Source of the DNA: Podarcis gaigeae
Taxonomy: Eukaryota
NCBI GenBank assembly: GCA_964106915.2
Contig: OZ066916.1
Length of the DNA: 64,000 bases
Reading direction: 5' to 3' (one strand)
Position numbers and translations under genes: made by a program. Below, piece by piece: positions 12,060-24,309 of the stretch. Position 1 is the stretch's first letter; each line of letters opens with the position of its first letter. Under the pieces are notes generated by a model. That model was not told the DNA's origin, did no database searches, and was given only the letters and a program-made list of their open reading frames with translations.

Positions 12060-12540
12060 AAAGGTGCCAATTCCGCAGGGATATCAGGGAGCCACCCAGC
12101 CGGAGATACGTGCGGAAGAAGCCCGTCAGCATGCAAGGACACCGAAGGTAGGGCAGGACCCCAAAGCCACGGCGAAGCGCAAAGGCTTACTCACAGGAAC
12201 TCAGGGCGCGCCGGCAAGCCGCCCAGCCTCCCGCCATCTCCCCGCGGAAGACCCACAGCCGCCTGGCCCGGCTGAGGCAGCCGCTCTGCCAGCCCTTCAT
12301 GGCTCAAGCGGGTCTCCGCGCAGTGCCACTCTCAGGCGGAGCTCCACCTCCCGGTCCCTGCACCTACCAATAGGGCTCGCCGTTCCCAGCCACAACCCGC
12401 GCTCAACTTCCGGTTCCGGCGAGAAGAGACGCAGCTTTTAGGAATAGCGCCACGGTCATCCTGAAAGGCCGCCGGGGGGGAAACAGTCCTGCAGCAAAGT
12501 CATACTGTAGCCCTACTCGCGGGAGGCGAGGAAGCCGCTT
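12060..12540 (-). promoter_or_regulatory. COQ3 CpG-island promoter
   Basis: GC/CpG-rich; tandem ETS/GABP-like ACTTCCGGTTCCGG at about 12406-12419 and CCAAT at about 12367, just upstream of the ATG. Confidence 0.75.
12195..12300 (-). CDS. COQ3: COQ3 coding exon 1 (start; likely mitochondrial transit peptide)
   Basis: gagccATG at 12300 in a CpG island. Reads MKGWQSGCLSRARRLWVFRG...; GTGAGT donor at 12194; 106 nt, phase 1, joins exon 2 in frame. Confidence 0.8.
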
Positions 12541-12699
12541 TTTTGAGCAGTTTATTTGTTATTTAAAATATATATGTTTATGTACCGCTGTGTCATTAAA
12601 AAACAAACCACACACACCCAAATCGGTTAGCAGCAATAAAACATAAAACCATGCAATAAAAGACAAATAGGAAAAAGTTAATAACACAGGCATCAATTT

Positions 12700-13205
12700 A
12701 CTACTGTGGGATGGATACATTCTTAATTGTCTGCATAGGCCTGAATAGAGAAGTTCAAGGCTGACACAGAAGGAGCTTGCTGAATAATGGCAGATCATTC
12801 CACAGGACTGGGCAGATGACACCAAAGGTTCCCTTTGTTATTGTCCAAGGAGCTGCCCCAACTTGGGGAGTGACAGACGATGCTCCTGCAGATGATCTCT
12901 GGGATATAAGGATTCAGGCAATTCCTGAGGTACCCTGGACATAAATTGTTCTGGGCTTTGTAAATTAGTGCAAGAACCTTGAACCTGGTTCCACAGTAAG
13001 TGAGCAGTCAAAGCAGCTGTTTTAGCAATGGCATCACAGGTTCTTGACCAGAAGCTTCTGTCAGCTTCATTCTGCACCTGTTGGGAGTTTCCAAACCAGA
13101 CCAAGGGCAGGTCCACATAGAACACATTACAGTAATCCAGCCTCGAGGTTACCAATACATGGACAACAGCAGCCAAGTTATCCTGTCCAGGAATAACTAT
13201 AGTTG
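12700..13205 (-). mobile_element. L2-clade LINE 3' fragment
   Basis: LAAVVHVLVTSRLDYCN.FY.DLP motif, typical of the L2 ORF2 C-terminus; frameshifted; boundaries approximate. Confidence 0.75.
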
Positions 13206-15197
13206 GTGAATCAGACAAAGCTGGTAAAAAGTTTAAAGGGGGGTGACTCTTGTTTTAGGTCTTTCTCAGCAATCATCAGTCTCTGTTATAGCCTTTCCTT
13301 ATTGCAACGTTTCAATATATATTTCGTAAAGTGGAGAATAAAAAGGCTGGAGCAACAAATGTATATTTTAATTTGTACAGTAGTCTAATTTCACCAGCCA
13401 AGCACTCGAGTGTGGCCTGGCTCGCAGACAGATGTTCCCTTCCTGCCTTTATGGCTTGCACATGAGGGGAGAAAAAACTTCTGGTTGTTTACAATCTTGT
13501 ACATGGGATGGTTCTCCGTGAGACCTTCAACCTCCAATAACTCTTCAATTGTCTCTTCATTCAGCACAGAGAATAGACTCTTATCTAGGCAACTGTTTTG
13601 ATTCCACAAGCACTAGAATAATTGGCAGGGTGTGTAAGAAAGGTGATGAAATTATAAGAAGGTAGGTAACTGATTGTATGGGCTGGTGATGGCACAAGGT
13701 ACTAAAACCCAAATAGGCCCAGACAGCCTCCTTCTCTCACTTCTTTGGATCCAAGTCAATATGTTTATCATATTCTGTAGAAAAATTAATTATAGCTCCA
13801 GAAAGGCTCATTTTGACAACAGTTTGGTCCCACCATTCTCTCTGTGATGTGTTATATAGACCATTAAGTAAAACCTATGAACCTTTTAAATAGGAAGAGT
13901 ATGCTGTCTTTATTGGCATACAGACATTACTGAAATTAGTGCACTTGTGTGAATGAAATTTCCATTGATACAGGGAGTGACAAATCCAGCTGGTGTAGTA
14001 TATAAAAAGCTTCATGCACAATCTTGTTTACTTAACAAATAGAAGTCTAGTTTAAAAAGTGGATGCAGTAGATCATAGAAAGCTGTATTCCTCAGTACTT
14101 CATTTTAAAATAAATGGGAGCACTGAAAAAAATCTTTGCCCCCACTGTTTTAATTTTTGAACCAAATCTCTCAGATTCTTAGTTATCTAAAAACCAGTTT
14201 ATCCTTAGAGCTTGTTTCTCTTCTTTCGTTTAAAACTACAGTAGGTTGAATTCATGGAGAAAGGGATGGGAGGACTCTGGGCAACATAATTGTTTGGTGC
14301 AGTTCTTTTTATGCAATATTTACCTGGAAGATTTAATGGAACATTCCCAATTACATATGCCATTGCATTCGTTAGCCATTTTTAAAGGGTATATTTAGTC
14401 AGCAGAATTATATTTAAAAACCAAAAAGCATAATACCCCTCATCAGAATGTATTATTTGACATTTTGAAGTTCCCAAGAACTCACAATGTTTGTTGACAG
14501 TTGTTTGGGATGGGCAGGTTGTAAATTTGCAGTTTGCAAATGCCTGTTTTTACGAGTTCAGTTCTATCAGCCAAAATACCATCTCTCTAGATGGTTAATA
14601 TGTTGGAAAAAGAAGTTTAAAAACTGTCTTGTTTTTTAAAGTGAAACCATATTTCTAGTAATAAGTTGCAAGACCAGACCTAGTTATTTTTATTAACCTT
14701 CTGTATCACAGAGTTAATGGTTTCTAATGCAGAAGTTATAGAGTAATAAAACAAATGAATCCAAAATAGATTCTATCTTCTCTAACCATATGAACCATTA
14801 TAGAGTGTGCTTTTTAACACAGAAGTAGGATATTGAGGAATAGAGTTTCAAAGTTACAAACTCACATCATACATGTTGTTTACTTGCACTTCGCTACTAA
14901 TTGTGCTTGGCTAATATTGGTATGTCGTACAATAAGAATTATGCACATTTTAGTCACAGACAGTTGGATGATAATTCAATAAATGTTTTTTAAAAACAAA
15001 ACCCTACAGTTCATTTTAACAATTCTTTTGCCCAGGGACTGACCGACCTTGAATTATCCAAGGAGGAAACTTAAAACACTGAGAAAATTTAAAACTGACA
15101 AACTGTTCAGTATTTTACAAAAGTGTATTGTAAAAAAAAAAAGTAATTTAAAATAAATTAAAATACAAGAATTTAAACAAAAAATGAACTAAAGAAC

Positions 15198-15203
15198 TTT
15201 ATT
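15198..15203 (-). other. Candidate PNISR polyadenylation signal AATAAA
   Basis: TTTATT on the plus strand, followed on the transcript by U-rich downstream sequence. Confidence 0.5.
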
Positions 15204-15506
15204 GACATCACAGTACATTCAATAGCAATTTTAAGAACATTACAGCTGAAAGAGAATGGCATATTTCATAGTCTTAGTAAGCACTACTAAGGAAAAATGT
15301 AAATACAAAGAAATCCTAGCAAGTACTTAACTCCGAGCAGCGTTTCCCAAAAATACAGCTATTTACAGATTATTTTTTTAAAAAGGAGGGTTCAGCTTTC
15401 ACCTACACAGCCACAACTGTAGCCTCTATAATGAGCCTCTATAATGAGACAAGCCCTTAAAAACTCATGGAATTTTTAAATCGTATGACTAGTGCCATAT
15501 CATTCC

Positions 15507-15537
15507 TCAGCGTTTACGACGTGGAGGAGTCATTGAT
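15507..15537 (-). CDS. PNISR: PNISR alternative terminal exon (adds SMTPPRRKR*)
   Basis: Long pyrimidine tract plus CAG acceptor at 15538-15540; donor AG|GTAGTA at 15794; joins in frame. Confidence 0.75.
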
Positions 15538-15790
15538 CTGAAAAATAAAGAGAAAGGGAGGGAAATTAAAGAGGAAAAGAACTATCAAAAAACACACACG
15601 TTAGGCTTAAAAACTTAAATTTTCTTAGTTGGAAATCAATGCTATCAAAGTCGTTCCCATCCGCCCACCCCCACCCCACCGAGAATAATCTAAAGAAGTT
15701 AGCTTAACTTGTAAAATATATAGTTGCAGGCATGATGATGAACAAAAACAGAAATAAATACATAAATCAAACAAGATACTTAAAAGAATA

Positions 15791-16908
15791 CTACCTTGAT
15801 CGTGATTTAGACTTGTGTTTGCGGCTTGCCTTCTTACCAGACCTTTGAGATTTCTCCACGGACCGCGACCGACTATGCTTGGCTTTCTTAGACTTCTTTT
15901 CTTTGCTGCTGCCTGGGGACTCAGAACTGCTCCTTGTGCTAGATTCCGAACCTGAGTGCTTTTTGCTCTCTTTGGTAGAACTTTTCTTGCTTTCCTGCCT
16001 AGAATCATGCCTTAATGTTTTTGAGGAAACTGAATCGCTACGAGAGACCGTTCTTTCACTATCTCTTTTCCTCTTTAATCTCTCATCATGATTGCCAGCT
16101 TTACTGTCTTTTTCTTCTTTTCTCTGTTTCTCTTTGCGCTTCTCTTGGTCTCTCTCCCTCTCTCTGTTCTTTTTCTTGTCTTTTTCTAGGCTCCTGCTGC
16201 GTTCCTTTTTCCTCTCCTGAACTTTACTATCGTGGCTGTGTTTGTGCCTGTTTCCACTTTCACTTCTACGCTGGTCCTCACTTTTACGCCTATCTCGACT
16301 CCCACTATGAGTGGAAAGGCTAGCAAGTCTATCCCTTGAGTGACTATCACTTCTACGCCTCTCCCAGTTTCGGTCATGGGAAGGACTACGATTTCGCCTC
16401 CTCTCCCCCCTGTCTGCACTCCTATGTCTACTAGATCTCCGCCTTTCTCTTACCTTGCCCCTACTCCTGCTCCTCTCTCTCCTGTTTCTGTGAGAATAGC
16501 TCCTGCTTCTGCTGCGCCTAACCTTATGTGAAGGTGATCTACTGTGACTACGCCTCTTTTTCCTTTTAGGGGAAGAAGAATGTGAAGAGCTGCGACTGCT
16601 GCCAGAGCTACTGCTATAGGATGAACTAGAGGCTGTGCTGCTGCTACTACTGCTACTACTTCTGCTGTTGGCACTCGAACTACCACTGCTTGAACTTTTT
16701 GACCTACTCCTCCCTATTCTCTCTTTTTCTTTAACCTCTTTTTTGGGTTCAGCATCTGGTGTCATTTGCTTTGGAGATTTTTTCTTTTCACTGAACACAT
16801 CCGCCTCCACCTCTTCTTTTGCATCCTCTGGTGGTGAACTGCTGTTTTGCTCTTTACTGGTGAGTTCAATCATCTCTTTAGCAATTTTCTCATTCTGGAG
16901 CTTTTCTT
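15791..16908 (-). CDS. PNISR: PNISR large RS-rich terminal coding exon
   Basis: EKLQNEKIAKEM...poly-Ser, RS/RE repeats...KHKSKSRSR*; ttttgcAG acceptor at 16909-16910. Confidence 0.96.
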
Positions 16909-17740
16909 CTGCAAAAGTAAGTGCATAAAAGAAACAAATACAAAAATCACGCCAAGCGAGATGGCAGAGATACAAGAAATCTCTCCCTATCATCCACTAA
17001 TGGCCAGTGTATCAACAAGGCAGCATAGTATAACATTACTTCTTTTATATTACTTCTTTTCTGTAGCTATTTGAAAGTCAATGGAGCTTATTTACAAGTG
17101 AATATGAATTAGATTGGGTTGTTAATCATCAACAATTCCCTTTTTAATAGGGTTTTGAAGCAAGTATATAAATGGAACCTAAACAATAATCACAATAAAT
17201 ATCTATGAAATATCTCTGTTGCCATGGGCAACTGTAAACAGGCAGTCTCAATGAATTCAGAGGAATCTTTGTAATATGTGTGTTCCTGGAATCTCTGTAC
17301 TGGAAAGTGTGTGCCTTTCCCCAAGGATTTCTTCATGCTATAGCTAATTCTGCCTCTATTCTATCCAAAGATTCTAGCAGATTCTTTACTTGTTACATTC
17401 TGGATGTGAGCCAGTCCTTGTGTATCCAACTCTTAACAGATCTTAGGAATTACAATGGCCAAGGCCTCTGCTTATGAAATTTTACTATCTGTGTTATTGA
17501 CAGAGGTGAGGTCACCTAAAGATAAAACTATTTGGAGTTGTGAACTAGTATCAAAGCACAGAGAAAACCCCAAATTCCTCAGTTACCTGTAATGTACTCT
17601 ATAGCTCAGGCTTGTGTACATGGTGCATTATTCTGTGCTTGGCTCCCAGGTTGCAAGTTTGGGTACAAGCTGGCACATAAGTCTGAGAGGTTGGAAACCA
17701 CTGCTGCTGTCGTCAATTCTGAACCAAACACACATCCTAC

Positions 17741-17911
17741 CTTCCAGCTGTTTCTCTAGCAATAGCTGCTGTTCTCTCTCCTTTCTCCAAAATGCTTCTT
17801 GTTTTTGCCTGATTCTGTGTCGCAGTTCCTCGTCATCAGTATCGGATGACTCAGAGCCTCTGTCGCTCCTCTCATCGTCACTGTCTCCTGATCCATAACC
17901 ACCCAGTCCAC
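17741..17911 (-). CDS. PNISR: PNISR coding exon
   Basis: GLGGYGSGDSDDERSDRGSESSDTDDEELRHRIRQKQEAFWRKEREQQLLLEKQLE; 171 nt. Confidence 0.96.
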
Positions 17912-19107
17912 CTGCGTGCATAAAGCCTAGTCTATCACGAGGGAAGATTAATCCTGGTTCTTAATATTTCTGCAGGGCAAAGAGGAGAGTATATTGCCCA
18001 TCTTTCACTTCTTCACTGAAGAAGCCACTTATTCTGGAGGAAGTGCCAAAGGTGGTTGAGTGGATGTTCAAGGCCCACACATTTGACCTGCTGTTCAGTA
18101 TCTGGTTTTACTTCTTCCGGAATAGCTTGCCATGTTTTCCAGCAAGCAATCGCTATGGTTACATACTTTCCCGTTAAGTATATGGGTAAAAAAGCTCTTT
18201 ACAGAGCCAGTACCAAATGCTTAGTGTACATCAGCAAGAGCATATACACAGGAGTGCAGTGCCTAAGACCTGTCCCTGAAGACATCTTTGCAATGATTTC
18301 AGCCAGCTTCAATATCCAGGGCTTTAAAAAGTCCCAAATGCCAATCAATTTTCTACTGTTCAGAAAAGACTGTACATTAAAGAGGTACAGGTATGGAATA
18401 GGAATGGACTTCTCTTCCCCCAAAAGATAGATCTGGAAAAACTAACAAGACTAGCAGAAAGTAATACTGAACATCTGATACAGAAGCATTCTTACTTTCT
18501 TTTTATGTTCTCTTCAGTATTAGTTGACTAATACATTTAAGCTAACGTGAAAGATTGTTTTACTAGTAGTAAAAATATTTAATATAACAAGTTACTAAAA
18601 TTGTATAATGTTACACTGAGATTTCAAACATTTTTAAAAAAACTATTACATCTCAGAATGTAATTCTTAATTTCATATCCAGCATATCCCAATATTACAC
18701 TAATTGCTGGCTATGAGAACTCAAAACATACATTTGTTGTGTGGATTGCTGGCAGGACAAAACTGTAGATTTTTATTGGTTTCTTTTATCAAAGCACACA
18801 CTAATAGCTGAATTAAAAACAGGAGAAAAATTCCTCCAAATTCACTTTATTTAGATACTGTAGTAGCTATCTGGTGAAAAACATTTCATTTACAGGACAG
18901 GCTTACATTATGTTTACAATGGAAATAACACCACTGTACAATTTCGTGTATTTTAATAGGTTTATTTGCAAGATAAGCCCTTTCTAAGAAACACAAAAGT
19001 TATCAGATGCTTGCCTATTCATGTTGGGCAGTTTCAATACATATTTAGAAATGCAAGCCAGAGCAATCTCCCCATTAAGTCCCTCTCAAAACTGGGAACA
19101 TACTTAC

Positions 19108-19117
19108 CAAGTCCAGT
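19108..19117 (-). CDS. PNISR: PNISR short exon; only the last 10 nt are visible and the rest lies in the N gap
   Basis: Minus strand reads ACTGGACTTG|GTAAGT (T-G-L then donor), matching the end of the APAKQLAQSSALASLTGL exon as recalled from orthologues. Confidence 0.75.
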
Positions 19118-19275
19118 NNNNNNNNNNNNNNNNNNNNNNNNNNNNNNNNNNNNNNNNNNNNNNNNNNNNNNNNNNNNNNNNNNNNNNNNNNNNNNNNNNN
19201 NNNNNNNNNNNNNNNNNNNNNNNNNNNNNNNNNNNNNNNNNNNNNNNNNNNNNNNNNNNNNNNNNNNNNNNNNNN
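19118..19275. other. Assembly gap (158 N)
   Basis: Run of N. Confidence 1.
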
Positions 19276-19824
19276 AGAAAAAACATTAAAAACGTAATCC
19301 ATTGAAAACCCAGTTATTTTCTGGCCACGAATGTTTAGAAATTTAAACTGTGAATTAATAGTGGATAGATCAGTTTCTTATAGTTATACATTTCCAAGTT
19401 AATAAATTTCATCTGCAGACAGAACTGTATATAATTATTTACTCACAACTACATGGAATAAAGCTGCCTATTTTCGTAAAAAGAAAATAGCTGGCTAACA
19501 GTGAAAGCAAATTCATTCATAATTCAAGTATGCCTTAAGTTTTACTCAGCTAAATTTGAACTAGAATTATCTAAAATATGTAAACATTTAAAATAAATAA
19601 ATGACATTCTATAGGAAAGAAATGGAATAACTGAAGTTAACTCACAATACACTGCACAGAACAATACACTGCACAGGACAATAGTATATGATTATTACAA
19701 CTGAATTTTTGCAACTTTTCTTCCTTAACATACAGACTGCTTTTAGGTACAGATACTATGGATTTAAATGTTCTAGGACATGCAAAAGGATATTTAATTA
19801 AAGTACTAGAAAGCCGAAGCATAC

Positions 19825-19924
19825 CTTTTATTGCTTTACGATGGGCATCTTTAGCCACGTAATATATTTCTTCATTTGTGACATCTAGGAGAATTTCTGT
19901 CAGCAGCATTTTTGTCAGCAACAT
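19825..19924 (-). CDS. PNISR: PNISR coding exon
   Basis: MLLTKMLLTEILLDVTNEEIYYVAKDAHRKAIK; 100 nt. Confidence 0.96.
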
Positions 19925-21126
19925 CTAAACAATTATAAATATAAAATCCCCAGTTCAAACACAATTCTCAGCAAACCCTTGCAATTTTATTCGGTTATTC
20001 AGGTTAGGAAGCATAATGGTTCCTTTACCCATGATTTCTTGGAACTACTGAAGAAAGCATTGGGCTCACACTATACAACTTCTTACATGTTCAACCACAA
20101 TGTACCTATTTGTTCAGTACCTATTTAAAATGTACCTATTTGTTCAGTATGCACAGCAGTTCACCTTTGCATTCAGTGATGTGTAGTCAAGTAATGAAAG
20201 CAGATGGAAACAGAGTTTGGGAGAGAAGAGCGCTACAATCACATTTCACATACATCTTTTCTGAGTAAGAGAATCAAGATCCTTATAGGAATTTGTTGAT
20301 CCTATAAATCAAGAGCTTGAATTATCTAAAGTTTGCTCAAGCATTTATAAACCTTTGGGTATGTTATGTGTACCTAACTTGACTCTAGCCATTCTCTCCC
20401 CTTGCCATGCATCTTATATCAGCACCATATCAGTGACATTCAGTGTTGCGCTAGCCGATAACTTTACAAAAGGTCATATATGTCCACTTTTTTGCCCAAA
20501 TTTGTTTCTATGTCCTTTCTCAAGCCGGTCATATGTGTAGTTAAATGACAATGCTGGTTGTGTAGCTTTAAAGATGGAGTTGACTGTCATCATATTAGGC
20601 TGTGCATACAACCATTTTGTTCTTGCCTTAATAGCTACTAGTGGAAGCACTAGTGGAGGCACAGAGAACTTGCTTGCTAGCAGGCTTGCTAGCTTTCTCT
20701 AGCTTAGCCCAAGGGGAACAGCATTTCCTAATAACTAAGAGTGCAAATTTTAACTAATTAAGGACAGGTTGAGTAAAGTTGTTTTTATTCAACTCAAAAA
20801 GGAATCCTTACTTAATTTTTTTTAAAATGTTTTTAAGTAAGCATAAACAACAGGTGACAGACACCATCTTTAAAGAGGCACCCCTTTCAATTATGTAAAG
20901 GAGAGAATGCCTCTCTAAAATCGCACTTACTGCAAAATACATGTACACTATCTAAAAACAGAGTTTTCTGCAAACTATTATTTTAGTCAAATGAATTTTA
21001 ACAAAAATTAATTAAATCAGCATTATTTGATAAACCAACTATGATTTCTTTAAATAGAATGGCAGCCCTACTAATAAGCAAGCACATACAGGCATGGCCA
21101 TGAACTGGTCGCAAACTCATCCATAC

Positions 21127-21264
21127 CATCTGATACTCCTTTTCTTCCTCTGTCATTTCTGGTTCGCTTTGCTCCTCTTGAGGAGCTGGAGAGGGACTTC
21201 TACTGACTTTTCCACTACTTGTAGCTTCTACGTTATCAATATCTTCATCTTCTTCATCACTATC
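21127..21264 (-). CDS. PNISR: PNISR coding exon
   Basis: DSDEEDEDIDNVEATSSGKVSRSPSPAPQEEQSEPEMTEEEKEYQM; 138 nt. Confidence 0.95.
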
Positions 21265-21363
21265 CTATAAGAAAAGGGTTATGAAATAGGTTAAAATACA
21301 GGTTAGAATTCAATGCAGCATTATTACAAGTGTTCTGTCAGTTCCATAAACTTTTTCACTTAC

Positions 21364-21554
21364 AAATTTACTTTTCTGAGGTAACCGTGGTCCATCTTCT
21401 TCTCCTGTGTGAGCATTTTCCTTTTTTTCTTTCTTAGACAACTGAGAACGCTGCTGCTCCATTCTCTCTTTCTCTAGCTTCTTTTGCTTTTCTCGTTCCA
21501 TCTTCTCTAGGCCCTCACGAATCCATGCAGGCAGAGTTCGTCGTTTAACAGCAT
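21364..21554 (-). CDS. PNISR: PNISR coding exon
   Basis: AVKRRTLPAWIREGLEKMEREKQKKLEKERMEQQ...PQKSKF; 191 nt. Confidence 0.96.
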
Positions 21555-21750
21555 CTAAATATTCATACAGAAAAGTAGTTTCTTAAAAAGGAACCTATTC
21601 ATTTTCTTTTTAAGCTCATAAGATAATGGATGTGTTTGAGGTTTTTAGGATGTTTCACGGAGAGAAAGCCACTGTAGCTTTCTAATGGTCTTCCTAGGCT
21701 AAGCTAGACATTGTGGTGGCAAACACATAAATAGGAGTTGGGATGTGGCT

Positions 21751-22043
21751 AAGGTAAAGGACCCCTGGACAGTTAAGTTCAGTGAAAGGGGACTATGAGG
21801 TTGCAGTGCTCATCTCGCTTTCAGGCCAAGGAAGCCGGCGTTTGTCCACAGACAGTTTTCTGGGTCATGTGGCCAGCATGACTAAACTGCTTCTGCTGCA
21901 ACAGAACACCGTGACAGAAACCAGAGTGCACGGAAACGCCTTTACCTTCCAGCCACAGCGGTATCTATTTATCTACTTGCACTGGCATGCTTTTGAACTG
22001 CTTGGTAGGCAGGAGCTGGGACAGAGCAACAGGAGCTCACACC
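21751..22043 (-). mobile_element. Sauria/Squam1 SINE
   Basis: AAGGTAAAGG tail and the same core as the other copies. Confidence 0.85.
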
Positions 22044-22207
22044 ACCATTTGAAATCCACAGCATAGGAAGGTGCAAGGGAAATCTCCTGGCCATGCATTT
22101 TCTCACCTATTGGGGCTCGCTCAAGCTGTGATAGTACTGTACTGATAACAGGAGCTGGTTCAGCCCAAGGCACTACATTTATTAAAATTAATATGATAAG
22201 GACATAC

Positions 22208-22394
22208 CGATTTGAGGAGTCTCCTGTTTTGCAGGTAATGTGATAGGTGAACGCTGGCGATCTCTGAATGCTGGCCTCTCCCTTCGATTCTGAGGTGGTG
22301 CAGGAGGTGCTGGGGGACCTGGAGGGCCTGGTGGTCCAGGCTGCCAGTAAGGTGGATGAAACCCACCTTGAGGTGGACCAAAATTAGCCCCATG
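22208..22394 (-). CDS. PNISR: PNISR coding exon
   Basis: HGANFGPPQGGFHPPYWQPGPPGPP...RDRQRSPITLPAKQETPQI; 187 nt. Confidence 0.93.
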
Positions 22395-24082
22395 CTGAAA
22401 GAGTAACGAAGCTCATTTTCTTTCAGATCAATGCTACACATTTCCTAACTTTAATATTTGGTCTGTACAAAAATGCACAGTAGAAAGAACCTTACTAAAG
22501 TTGAATAGAAGCCCTTTTAATATTTTAAGGGACAGCCTATATTCTCTAAACTGTGAAATTGACAGTTTCAGAAAAGAAAATTGACTTGTCCTTCTCATTT
22601 CAGAATTCAGAAATAGGAATTTTGCATTACTGTAACACAACATAAATAAACTGGAAAAGTTCCAAGTCCCTTCCGTATTGGATGGGTGTTGGAAGAGAAG
22701 ATTTAAGTAGATATATTAATTATATTAATTTCAACTACAATTATCAGCTTGATTTATAGTTCAAAGGAAAGCCACTGTAGCTGCAGTAAGCCAGCTGCTA
22801 GTTTGGGATATAAAGTAAAGGAACATCACATCTAAGTTTCTTTTTAAATCATACTTGCCCCCTGGTTATGAGAGTTGTAAATTAGTTTATGCTATCTCTG
22901 TTCTAAGGAATGGTGTGGGTTTTTTGGCTGCCTCTTACTGTTTAATTTCATTTTAATTGTTATATGTCGTACTTTAATATTTTTGTAAGCTGCCTAGGGA
23001 AACTATATAAATGTGATATGTGTGAGAACAATCCGCATAGCAATGTCTGCATCAATCTCAGTCCCAAAAATTCAATGTGTACATTTTTATTTGTGTGTAG
23101 AGCTTCAGCTGACCAATCTAACAATTATATTAAAGTCTGCAGCATTTTTTTCAGTTAAAAAAGGCCAGGGGAAAAAAATTGTAATATCTACATCTAATAA
23201 GCATGTGGGGATTTGACACAGAAGTGAAAAAGGGAAAAGAAAGCACTGAAAGAGTCATTCTCCACTGATGTTTACTTAAAAAAATCATTTACAACTTCAT
23301 ATTTGACTGCCATATATCATACTTTATAACACTGTATAACATCGACATACTGTTTATAATGGCAATTCAGAAAAGTGTAGGCATGTTTAAGTGCCACTGA
23401 AATTAATGGAACTTGGCATTTCCTCTGAAAAGCCTAATCCAGAAAGCCCACACAGACTCAAAAGCATAAATGTGCACAGCGGTCCACACTGCTCACTTCA
23501 ATCCACACACCTAAAGAAATATACACTTCCAGTAAAATGAATGGAAATGCTTTTTCAGGTAGAGGTGTTCCTTGCACATACTGGGACTCTTGCCCAGGAA
23601 AAATAACAGAACCAGAGTAAATGGCTATACTTTTGGCCAGTTCTACACTTCTAAATTACTGTATTTCAGAGAAGCTTAGTTGTGTGCAGGAGCACAGAAT
23701 TCATTTTGGAAACTGATATTGTGGGCATAATTCACCTTTATGAATCAAATCAAACTGGTGAGAGGTGGAAAATAAATACTAAATAATCTAGGCTATCTTT
23801 CTAAACAGGAAGTTCCTTCTCAGAATACACTTGTTCATGTATTTAAGCATTTTGTTTTCTTTCATATTTTTCTCTTTTACACAAAACTTATTGCATTGGA
23901 AAACAAGGTGTTTTAACAACCAAATTATAAAGAGGTGTTCACAATGCAGGTGGTTTGCAGATGACAAATTGTATCTGAGCAAACAATAAAACTTGTGGAT
24001 TCTGTTGAAAATCAGCACTAGAGGCACAACTCCGTGGAATGGGCTCTGCATGCTTACAATATTTAAGCAAGAAATGTTTCAC

Positions 24083-24309
24083 CTGATAGTCAAACTGGTT
24101 CACTGGGCCCATTGCAAAGTTATCAGGTGGTGGTCCCCCAAAGTTGTGATTATTCTGACTAAATATATGCCTGTTGTCAGGGGCAAATTCCCCACTGTCC
24201 TGACTGTTGCTGTCTTCCGATGGAGGAACAATATCCATTGGGCCTGGTGCTGGAGGAATCCATGGCTGCTCTGGAGGTGGATGAGGGGGTTGGTGGGGCA
24301 TGCTCCAGT
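24083..24309 (-). CDS. PNISR: PNISR coding exon
   Basis: WSMPHQPPHPPPEQPWIPPAPGPMDIVPPSEDSNSQDSGEFAPDNRHIF...NQFDYQ; 227 nt. Confidence 0.95.

Noticed and set aside
11992-12441. 149-aa plus-strand ORF
   Set aside because: Antisense to COQ3 exon 1 in GC-rich DNA, where stops are rare; non-ATG start and no recognisable domain.
15879-16928. Leu/Ser-rich plus-strand ORFs
   Set aside because: Antisense shadows of the low-complexity PNISR RS exon.
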